Shown here one piece after another: positions 30,055 to 38,244 of a stretch of 64,000 nt of DNA. The notes beneath the pieces were generated by a model, which had not been told where the DNA came from, searched no databases, and saw nothing but the letters and a program-made list of their open reading frames with translations. The stretch is from a virus, in IMG/VR virus record IMGVR_UViG_3300044729_003129, positions 109,761-173,760 of that record. The stretch is one strand, 5' to 3'. Numbering within the stretch: the stretch's first letter is position 1; every line of letters starts with the position of its first letter. The position numbers were made by a program, and so were the translations under genes.

Positions 30055-31470
30055 TTAGAATTTTATGCAATACAGCATTGCGATGTTTGCTGGGCGGGTT
30101 TCACCACCCGCTGTCCACCATCCGGCATTAACTCCATGTGTATATACATTGTGAGAGTGCGCCCCCGAAGCACTAGTTGTTCCAGTTTGAACCTGCGCTA
30201 CTTTAGTTCCATCACTCCCTGCATCAACCTTATCATATCTTGGTTCAGTATATGTGTGAGTATGATTCCCTTGAACATCTGTATAACCATTGTGAGTGTG
30301 GTCTTGGAACATTTGACTTTGTTTTGCGCCAAATGCACCAGTTGTTGTACCATCACCATTAGTTCCCCAAGCACGAACGAAATACCCCCTCAAATCAGGT
30401 AGATTGAAAGTTGTACTATTATTTCCTGCGCCATATGTCGTGCCAATAGCTGCAAAAAGTGCTGGATAACCAGAAGCCCCTGCTCGGTCGACTGCCTGAC
30501 CATTAGCCCATAGCCAACCTGCCGGTGCACTACCCATAGCAAAAGCCATAACTGCTCCCGCTGGAACAAAGCTAATTGTAGTGCCACCAACAGTAGTTGT
30601 ACTTGGTAGTGCTACATTTCCAGAGAATATTGGGCTTGCAAGATTTGCTTTAAGGTTTAATGCAGTCGCAGTGTCTGTAGATATTGGTTTATTAAGATCA
30701 CTTGTATTATCAACATTACCAAGTCCAACCATGCTCTTTGTAATGCCGCCTACTGTTCCAGAGAATGTTGGATTTAAAATATTTGCTTTAAGGTTTAATG
30801 CAGTCGCAGTGTCTGTAGATATTGGTTTATTAAGATCACTTGTATTATCAACATTACCTAGTCCAACTGCTGACTTTGATAGTCCACTTATAGCAGAAGA
30901 AAATTGGGTAAAGACTATTGGATCAGTGCCAACTACAGCGACATCACTCGTTACAACCCATGAACTGCCTTTAAGAGTATTGCCACCATCTACAAGTACA
31001 TAACCATCATTAATCTCTATTACCTCATTAAAGTCTGTGGCACGAAGTGGGGACCCTGTTGTCTGAACAACATAGATTCCATTTTGAGCAGGTGCGCTTT
31101 GATCTTTTAGGAGTACACGATTGCCAGATGCAAGGGTCACTCCATCCATACTAGACGACGGAGTTATGTTTGATAGTGTAAAATTGATTCCAGGAGATGC
31201 AGCAACAACTGGAATTGCAATTTTTAAACCGGCACTATTAAAGTTTTCAAGTGATACTTTGCTGTCTAGTTCATCTTGTATAACTTGTGGTATGGTTGTC
31301 GACAGTCGAGAGAGTCCATTTGCAAGTGTGCTTGCTTTAATTTTACGATTTGTACCAGTTGGATATGTTGACGAAGTCTGCTCAATATTAATTATTTGTA
31401 AGAGGTCATTTGACGTTACATCTGTGTCAGCTGTTAGTTCGCTTAACTGTGAAATTTTTATGGTAGCCAT
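30055..31470 (-). CDS. Tail fibre with collar domain
   Basis: KISQL anchor, RVLLKDQ..QNGIY, PAGAVMAFA..TTFNLPDLRGYFVR collar, HxH motifs, ETRPANIAMLYCIK. Confidence 0.85.
   Translation of the reverse strand: MATIKISQLSELTADTDVTSNDLLQIINIEQTSSTYPTGTNRKIKASTLANGLSRLSTTIPQVIQDELDSKVSLENFNSAGLKIAIPVVAASPGINFTLSNITPSSSMDGVTLASGNRVLLKDQSAPAQNGIYVVQTTGSPLRATDFNEVIEINDGYVLVDGGNTLKGSSWVVTSDVAVVGTDPIVFTQFSSAISGLSKSAVGLGNVDNTSDLNKPISTDTATALNLKANILNPTFSGTVGGITKSMVGLGNVDNTSDLNKPISTDTATALNLKANLASPIFSGNVALPSTTTVGGTTISFVPAGAVMAFAMGSAPAGWLWANGQAVDRAGASGYPALFAAIGTTYGAGNNSTTFNLPDLRGYFVRAWGTNGDGTTTGAFGAKQSQMFQDHTHNGYTDVQGNHTHTYTEPRYDKVDAGSDGTKVAQVQTGTTSASGAHSHNVYTHGVNAGWWTAGGETRPANIAMLYCIKF
30643..30868 (-). 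repeat. Internal direct repeat (138-bp period) in fibre shaft
   Basis: VGLGNVDNTSDLNKPISTDTATALNLKAN encoded twice with nearly identical DNA starting at 30643 and 30781. Confidence 0.9.
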
Positions 31471-31489
31471 ATACGATATTTATATAGAA

Positions 31490-32368
31490 TTATATTATGT
31501 TGCGAACAACTCGGAAACCGGTCGCGTTTGAAGATCCTGGTTGACCGCCACCATTTCTAAGTGCTACTCCTACATCTGTCGTGTTTGTCGAAGCCCAACT
31601 ACCGCCTCGAACTACTCTGCTGTTAAAGTTTATACCTGAAGTTGGTCCACGTGGATTAGTCAGATCGGTTGGGTTATAACTTTCTGCATAATAATCCCAA
31701 CACAACTCACTAATATTACCTGCCATATCATATAATCCATAGCTGTTTGGTGGAAAGGTTCCTACTGCAGTAGTATTCGGCCGATCTGCCCCGCCTTGCC
31801 CGGTAAAATTCATATAATTTGCTTCAACTTGTGTAATAGTATCACCTAACGGATATCTTTTTCCGTTTAGTCCTCCTCTCGCTGCTTTTTCCCATTCAGC
31901 CTCAGTCGGAAGCCTGTAACCATTAGCATCCCATTTTACATGCGTGCTAGGTAGATTTGTACTTCCAGTCTTGTAGACTGTTGTCTGAGCGATATCAGTG
32001 TAGTAAATTGGAATAAGTCCTTCCTTTTGACTACGTGCATTACACCATTTTACAGCATCAAACCAAGTGACATAACCAATAGGGTGATTGCTAGCTGCGC
32101 CGAACCCCATAGATGGAGCCATCGGAATTTCTGAAGCTAAATCTGTATATCCATTGGTTAATCCCCAAGTACGTACTTCATTCCATTCGCCCCTTGTCAC
32201 TTCATATTTGCCCATATAGAAAGCATCCAAGGTCACTGTGCGAATTGGAGCATTCTGTGTGCCATCCAACGAGTCCCCCATCGTGAAGGCCCCCTGTGGA
32301 ATGAAAGCCCATGCGTTTGATCCTCCATTACGTCGCCGACGCTTTCTTTTAACTGCAGAAAATAACAT
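31490..32368 (-). CDS. FGE-sulfatase (SUMF1, C-type-lectin fold) domain protein
   Basis: FYMGKYEVT, NHPI..VTWFDAVKWCN, YRLPTEAEWEKAARGG, YGLYDMAGN, RVVRGGSW..GFRVVR. Confidence 0.9.
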   Translation of the reverse strand: MLFSAVKRKRRRRNGGSNAWAFIPQGAFTMGDSLDGTQNAPIRTVTLDAFYMGKYEVTRGEWNEVRTWGLTNGYTDLASEIPMAPSMGFGAASNHPIGYVTWFDAVKWCNARSQKEGLIPIYYTDIAQTTVYKTGSTNLPSTHVKWDANGYRLPTEAEWEKAARGGLNGKRYPLGDTITQVEANYMNFTGQGGADRPNTTAVGTFPPNSYGLYDMAGNISELCWDYYAESYNPTDLTNPRGPTSGINFNSRVVRGGSWASTNTTDVGVALRNGGGQPGSSNATGFRVVRNII

Positions 32369-32369
32369 A

Positions 32370-33404
32370 TCAAATAAAGTCCCAAGTATTGCTACTTATA
32401 TTTTTTATTGCACACACTTCACCAGCAAGCACAGTTGCAGCATCATTATTATTAACTGTAACACCATTTGCTGCAGTTAGCGTCAATGAACCTGCTCCAG
32501 TGTTGCGTCTAAATGTAATTGTAGTTCCTACTGGAGCTGACGTTAAAACGGGTAGTATAATAGTTATAGCACCCGCATTTGAAAGACGCACATATTTATT
32601 ATAATGAGTGCTGCTAAGAGTCAGCGTAGATGTGGATATTTCTAATATGTTGTTATAACTATTAATTATTTCAGATTGCACAAAGGCTGTCGTAGCAATT
32701 TGTGTAGTATTTGTGCCAACGCTCGCTGTCGTTGATAGCGGAGTCCCTGTAAAGGTAGGACTGCTAAACATCGTGCCCTTGCTTTCATTTGTGACAGCGC
32801 CCAGTCCTACCATAGTTGCAGTTATACCAGCTACAGTTCCAGTAAATGTTGGACTTGCTAGGTTCGCCTTTAAGTTTAATGCTGTTTGTGTTGCAGTTGA
32901 AACAGGTTTGCTTGCATCACTCGTATTGTCAACATCGCTGAGCCCAACCATAGTGGCGGTAATACCAGACACCGTTCCAGTGAATGTAGGAGATTCACGA
33001 GGTGCTTTAGAGTTTAACTGTGTTTGAACGCTAGACGTTATTCCACTGAGGTAACCTATTTCTGTACTAGTTAGACCGCCAAAAGTAAAACCATCAAGTT
33101 GAGATTGTATATTATCTCTCAATCCTGACAAAAAGCTTATTTCAGTACCAGTCACACCGCCAATAGTCGTAGTGGCTGGCAGTGTGACATCGCCAGTAAA
33201 TGTGGGGTTTGTTTGAATCTTGGCACTGCTCAATGCACCATCAGAAAGTCCGTCAAACAATGAATCTGCAAGATCACCTATAGATATAATTGCATTACTG
33301 CCATTTTCTGACATAAGTGGGTTAGAGGCGTCAATAATTGGTACAGAATCATTTGCTGCCGCCGCAGTTACAACTTCTAATTGTGAAAATTTAATATCTG
33401 GCAT
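32370..33404 (-). CDS. Tail fibre protein
   Basis: KFSQL anchor, TEIGYLSG.TS.VQ.QL and KANLASPTFTG repeats, TTQIATTAFV. Confidence 0.8.
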   Translation of the reverse strand: MPDIKFSQLEVVTAAAANDSVPIIDASNPLMSENGSNAIISIGDLADSLFDGLSDGALSSAKIQTNPTFTGDVTLPATTTIGGVTGTEISFLSGLRDNIQSQLDGFTFGGLTSTEIGYLSGITSSVQTQLNSKAPRESPTFTGTVSGITATMVGLSDVDNTSDASKPVSTATQTALNLKANLASPTFTGTVAGITATMVGLGAVTNESKGTMFSSPTFTGTPLSTTASVGTNTTQIATTAFVQSEIINSYNNILEISTSTLTLSSTHYNKYVRLSNAGAITIILPVLTSAPVGTTITFRRNTGAGSLTLTAANGVTVNNNDAATVLAGEVCAIKNISSNTWDFI

Positions 33405-33413
33405 ATCTATTAT

Positions 33414-35897
33414 TTATACTGTTATAGTTATTACCGCGCTTGTAACAAGTATTGGACCATTAACTGCGCCTTTTCGTATTGAAACCGTAAATGTTGGTGT
33501 TTGTGCATTTACAGTTAAGCTTGGTACAATTCTAAAAAAACCAGAATTATTTTTAATTATAAAACTACCGCTTGAAGACACTACATCATTTCCAGTTATG
33601 GTATAATAGAGCATCGTTTCATCTGGCACAAATGCAGTGTTTACATAGAATCGTACAGACTGACCTTCAGCCGCAGTAAATTTATTTGGTGTGATTGTAG
33701 CAGACTGCGTATTCATCTGTCCTTCAGATATAAATGTGGAGTTCTCATTTTCTGTTAAAACTGTGTCAGAATCTTGAGAAACAAATGGATATCTATATAT
33801 CAATGCCTCTTTGTCTTCAAGAGTACTATTCATATAGGCTTCCATAGTTATATCAAAAGATTCGACGACTGCTTCATCATATTCTGGGTCCGTGTCTTCA
33901 TATGTTGGATCAAGTGGAATTAATTCACTATAAAACCATGGATAGTATGAAAGATCGGGTGCTTTAACTGTTATAAAACTTGATATATTACTAAACAGTC
34001 GATCAGCATTTGGTGTGTATGGCGCACTTGCCTGAGCAATAGTCTTGTGTGAAAAGCCAGAGACTAGTTCGTTTGGATCAAAGAATTTTATCCAACGTTG
34101 ATAGTCTTCATAGACTACCTTGTCTCTATAATTGGCATTAATTGCAAATACGCGAAGGGCAAGTTGAACCATACGTACTAGAGACTCTGGCGCGTTGCGA
34201 TCTAGCAGTCTTGTAAGTATAATTGTTAGCAGTCTTTCGTTTGCTGTTAACCAACCTGGTTGACTACGAGGGCTATGATAGCCGAGTACTGGAGGATGAT
34301 ATGCATTTAGCCATAAATAACTTTCCTGCGGTTTGCGAACGACATAGTCAATGACATTGTACCATTCACTACGAGCAATAAATTCAAAGATTATAGCACT
34401 AAATAGTTTTAACCCAGAAGGGTGTACAAACCGCAAATAATCATCACCCCACTCATCATATGGTAACTCACTTTTAATTTCATATGAATAATTTTGCCAA
34501 TAATAACCGTCATGCAACTTATATAGATTAGAAGCAAATGATTTGTTATCAGAATATGTCCATACATCTTCATCACTTGGAATTACACTCCATAGAATTG
34601 GATCCAGGTCTTCACAGCGATAAATTGTTGGGGTTGGTGCATCTTCTAATGAATGTATAAGGTCACCAATTTTAGATGTATATTCTGGGCTTGCCGTTAC
34701 GCTAAATGCATGAGCATACTCGACATTTGAAGTGTCAACTGCATATGTTGAGCCGCCCGCAGCTTCTGTGACAATACCATTGTCTTCAGGAGGCAGTCCT
34801 TTTTGAGTTAATATATAGTCTGCCGTGCCCTTTTCAGTCTCTAAACCAAAAACTGAAATGTCTATACTATCATCACCAAGAGTAATTATTTTTTCAGTAA
34901 TTATTTCGTTGTTTGTAATAGACTCATCAACTAAAACTTTACCAGACTCATCAAGTATTTCTTCGGTGTCTGTAGATGGAACTATAGGAGTTATAGTTAA
35001 CCTACTATACTCTATATTTTGTATGTCTATTATACCATCATCTTCGGCAGATTCAAATAAAACAGGGAGTCCATCCTCATAAAGATTGTATGCTCCACTC
35101 TCTAACAAACTTGTTGATGATATAAAATTAACATATTCAATGTTACGCGCAAAGACGTCCCAAGTTGCTTCATCTGGCCAAGGCGTGTCATTTGTGCTGT
35201 ATAACTCAAATTCATCCTTATAGCGATAGACCCAACGATAAACAGGATCTGCTCCTTCAGTGGCAACATTAACTTTTTGTATATATGGCAGATTAAATGA
35301 CTTTTCTACTCCGCCATAAGTCCAAAGATCTTCTGAAAAAGCACTTAACGTAACAGTATACGGTCCGGGATTTGAACTTGGAAATGGTCCAATCCTATAG
35401 TCAGAAACTACTAATAGTGTATTTTTATTTGGGTTTGTGCGTGATGTACGTAATGATGGTATGTCAATTGGGGCCCAACGACCGCTGCCGCCTGACAAGT
35501 CAAATAGGTAATTTTTAGGGTAAAATATGCTTACAATTTCGTCAAAGAAAAGTTTGAAAAATGTGTGTATGCTGTCTTCCGAACCGCGTGTATGATAATA
35601 TTGTATAATAACGCGATAGAGAGTGACTTTATCAAGCACACGCGAATTTGGAATATTGCGTGCAATTAGGCTTTGTATTTGGGTTAGATATTTATCGGAT
35701 ACAATATCAATATCTTTTTCGCGAGTAATGGCAGCAATTTCATTTGACGGCAAACCAGTACGATTTAGGTGCTCATAATAGCGCTCAATAAAATTGATAA
35801 GATTGCTCGCAGACTCTTTTAAAGAATCTGGATACAAACTTTCGGTTTGTATCGATTCTATATTACGCGGGCGCGAATTTGCTATACTTAAAAGCAT
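33414..35897 (-). CDS. Baseplate wedge protein (gp7-like)
   Basis: FIERYYEHL, YHTRGSEDSI..FFKLFF, LHDGYYWQNYSYEIKS, VHPSGLKLF; lies downstream of gp6. Confidence 0.7.
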   Translation of the reverse strand: MLLSIANSRPRNIESIQTESLYPDSLKESASNLINFIERYYEHLNRTGLPSNEIAAITREKDIDIVSDKYLTQIQSLIARNIPNSRVLDKVTLYRVIIQYYHTRGSEDSIHTFFKLFFDEIVSIFYPKNYLFDLSGGSGRWAPIDIPSLRTSRTNPNKNTLLVVSDYRIGPFPSSNPGPYTVTLSAFSEDLWTYGGVEKSFNLPYIQKVNVATEGADPVYRWVYRYKDEFELYSTNDTPWPDEATWDVFARNIEYVNFISSTSLLESGAYNLYEDGLPVLFESAEDDGIIDIQNIEYSRLTITPIVPSTDTEEILDESGKVLVDESITNNEIITEKIITLGDDSIDISVFGLETEKGTADYILTQKGLPPEDNGIVTEAAGGSTYAVDTSNVEYAHAFSVTASPEYTSKIGDLIHSLEDAPTPTIYRCEDLDPILWSVIPSDEDVWTYSDNKSFASNLYKLHDGYYWQNYSYEIKSELPYDEWGDDYLRFVHPSGLKLFSAIIFEFIARSEWYNVIDYVVRKPQESYLWLNAYHPPVLGYHSPRSQPGWLTANERLLTIILTRLLDRNAPESLVRMVQLALRVFAINANYRDKVVYEDYQRWIKFFDPNELVSGFSHKTIAQASAPYTPNADRLFSNISSFITVKAPDLSYYPWFYSELIPLDPTYEDTDPEYDEAVVESFDITMEAYMNSTLEDKEALIYRYPFVSQDSDTVLTENENSTFISEGQMNTQSATITPNKFTAAEGQSVRFYVNTAFVPDETMLYYTITGNDVVSSSGSFIIKNNSGFFRIVPSLTVNAQTPTFTVSIRKGAVNGPILVTSAVITITV

Positions 35898-35899
35898 AC

Positions 35900-37768
35900 T
35901 TAACGGTCTCTACTAAATGTATTATATTGCACTGAACGATTTGAACCACCAACGGCAATTAGGTCAACTTCGCCATAAACATTTAGGCGTGTTGTATCAA
36001 TGCGCATAAGTTGATTGCGTTTAGGTGCAAGGTCATTTGATAGTGGTATTACGTCTATTATCATTGTGGTGTTAGTGTCAGCGAGTAGCGGTTCTATTTC
36101 CATTACTCCAGTACTCAGTGTAAGCGTACCAACATTTTTATTACGAATAATTGGTTTATCATTGGCATCATAATAATAGACATACAGCAAGCGTATGTCA
36201 GACAGTGTTGGATGTGCTTCCTCACCAATATAATATGTAACTCCATCATAATCCCAACCAGTAGAATTTACAATGGCAATATTATCATCAACTGTTAATG
36301 ATGTACCAAATTTTATTGTTATTTTTTCTGGTTGTCCACTAACTAGTGTAAAACTTTTAGAGATAAACACTCGTATAAGTGAATTTAATATTGCAGGACT
36401 TGTTCCATCAACAGTCTTTGATAAAAATGAATGACGAAACACACCATCAAAAGATTCCAAATATTGACTATTAAATGTGTCTATGCTTTCTTTAACCTTT
36501 GTTTCAAGTTGTGTTTTTGTGTGCGTAGTCAGGTTACGGTTATACTTAAAGAGTACATCAAGCACAATATCAACATATTCAGGATCAACTATTTCAGGAA
36601 ATATTGAGAGTACTTTTTTATCACTTAAATATGTCAGCAATCCTTGTTTTTCATTTGGCATTAAAACTGATGAAGAATCCGATTTTTTTGCAGATATAAA
36701 AACTTTACCATATTGTGGTGGATCATTATCTTCGCCTCCCCACACAGCTACGGATTTTACATTTGTTAAATAACTATGCACCAATGTTTTGTAGTCATCA
36801 GCAGTCACTGCACGATTTTGTGAAACATATTGAAGTGGCGCGTTATATTTTATACTACTAATAGACTCACGATCTGACCCGCCAACCGCACGTGCAACTG
36901 TATTTAAACTAACTCGAGTTAGTTGAGTTGAATCAAAAAAATCAGAGTATGAAAAAATATTTGAAGAGTTTGCGCCAGTGCCATCAGTAACCAAATATGT
37001 TAACTCTAAAACGTTTAAGTTATCTGGTTTTTTGCCAAATATACCATCACCAAATGATATTACATAGTTGCCATTATAGTTTTCGTATAAGAAATAAATT
37101 GGGGTTGTATCATCAACACTATTAATATCTGTAAATAAAGAATATACTTCGTTAATTTCTGATCGTCCAGTCTGATATACCGCTACTTTTAACGTGCTTG
37201 TATCAATATTTTTATCGTCTATAATATATTCGTTATTACTTTGTGTAGAATTTATTTGAATTCTCTTTTTAATGAATGTACCTTGATATATGTCAATGTT
37301 ATTTGCTACCAAGTCTCCACTAGAATTTTTTGTGCAGACAATATCATTTAAATTTGTAAATTTATAGGTTTGACTTTTTGAAAGGTCTGTTATATTTGAT
37401 GAAAAAGTTGAACCCACTGGAAAAACATATTCATTTAATAATGTATTTCTTGGCGTTACAGTTACGTTTATTTGTGCCTTTGCAGAGGCATAACTGCGTG
37501 GGGTATATCCAATTAACTTTGCGGCAGACACCACGTTTTGTCGTAACTGCGCAGTATCAATAAAACTTTCATTGACTGCCATGTGCGCGAGTAATGCATT
37601 GTAATGTGTGTTATGCGAGAGCACATCAAGCAACATATTTAATCCAGACCCAGCATAATCCCAGTCTTTAAATGGACTGTCTCCAGCCTTGAAATATTCT
37701 ATTAGATTAGCCTTGATTTGATCAAAATCTAATTCTGTAACATTTACTGATTGTGTTGGAATTTCCAT
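35900..37768 (-). CDS. gp6: Baseplate wedge subunit (gp6)
   Basis: ELDFDQIK, DYAGSGL..LLDVLSHNTHY, FGDGIFGK, QNRAVTADDY, VWGGEDN.P.YGKVFIS. Confidence 0.95.
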   Translation of the reverse strand: MEIPTQSVNVTELDFDQIKANLIEYFKAGDSPFKDWDYAGSGLNMLLDVLSHNTHYNALLAHMAVNESFIDTAQLRQNVVSAAKLIGYTPRSYASAKAQINVTVTPRNTLLNEYVFPVGSTFSSNITDLSKSQTYKFTNLNDIVCTKNSSGDLVANNIDIYQGTFIKKRIQINSTQSNNEYIIDDKNIDTSTLKVAVYQTGRSEINEVYSLFTDINSVDDTTPIYFLYENYNGNYVISFGDGIFGKKPDNLNVLELTYLVTDGTGANSSNIFSYSDFFDSTQLTRVSLNTVARAVGGSDRESISSIKYNAPLQYVSQNRAVTADDYKTLVHSYLTNVKSVAVWGGEDNDPPQYGKVFISAKKSDSSSVLMPNEKQGLLTYLSDKKVLSIFPEIVDPEYVDIVLDVLFKYNRNLTTHTKTQLETKVKESIDTFNSQYLESFDGVFRHSFLSKTVDGTSPAILNSLIRVFISKSFTLVSGQPEKITIKFGTSLTVDDNIAIVNSTGWDYDGVTYYIGEEAHPTLSDIRLLYVYYYDANDKPIIRNKNVGTLTLSTGVMEIEPLLADTNTTMIIDVIPLSNDLAPKRNQLMRIDTTRLNVYGEVDLIAVGGSNRSVQYNTFSRDR

Positions 37769-38199
37769 TATCGTACTCGTGTTAAATATATTACAATTTC
37801 AGCAGTTGAATTGTATGATGCTTGAAAAGTTATGCCCACCCGATATGCATTTTGATCAGACTCGTCCACTACAGTCACTTCATAGTCGCTTATACGTGGT
37901 TCATAGAGGTCAATCATCTGTTCTATTTTTGCCTTTAGCTCATATTCTGTAAACATGTTTGCATTTTCAAACAGCAAAGCACGAATGTCCGAAGCGATTT
38001 CTGGTTGAAACAGCCGATCATATTGATTTGTTAACAACAAATTTTTTAAACTTTGCCGTATTGAATCAATATCAAGAATTGGACGTATGTCATTATAAAT
38101 CGGGTGTATAGCAAAACTGTTGTCTATATCGGAATATAAATTTTTTCTAGCCACATTTGATGACTTAGAATCATTATAGTCCGATAGCGTTTTACTCAT
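37768..38199 (-). CDS. gp25: Baseplate wedge subunit (gp25)
   Basis: YSDID..F, SLKNLLLTN..RLFQP, YEPRI; start moved to the ATG 5 nt after TATAAATA (38205-38212). Confidence 0.9.
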   Translation of the reverse strand: MSKTLSDYNDSKSSNVARKNLYSDIDNSFAIHPIYNDIRPILDIDSIRQSLKNLLLTNQYDRLFQPEIASDIRALLFENANMFTEYELKAKIEQMIDLYEPRISDYEVTVVDESDQNAYRVGITFQASYNSTAEIVIYLTRVR

Positions 38200-38244
38200 A
38201 TTTCTATTTATATAATTTATAATACGCGGTAAATTATACAAACC

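Noticed and set aside
31490-31620. Complete diversity-generating retroelement
   Set aside because: No reverse transcriptase, accessory gene or template repeat was found in the window; only the target-type fold is present.
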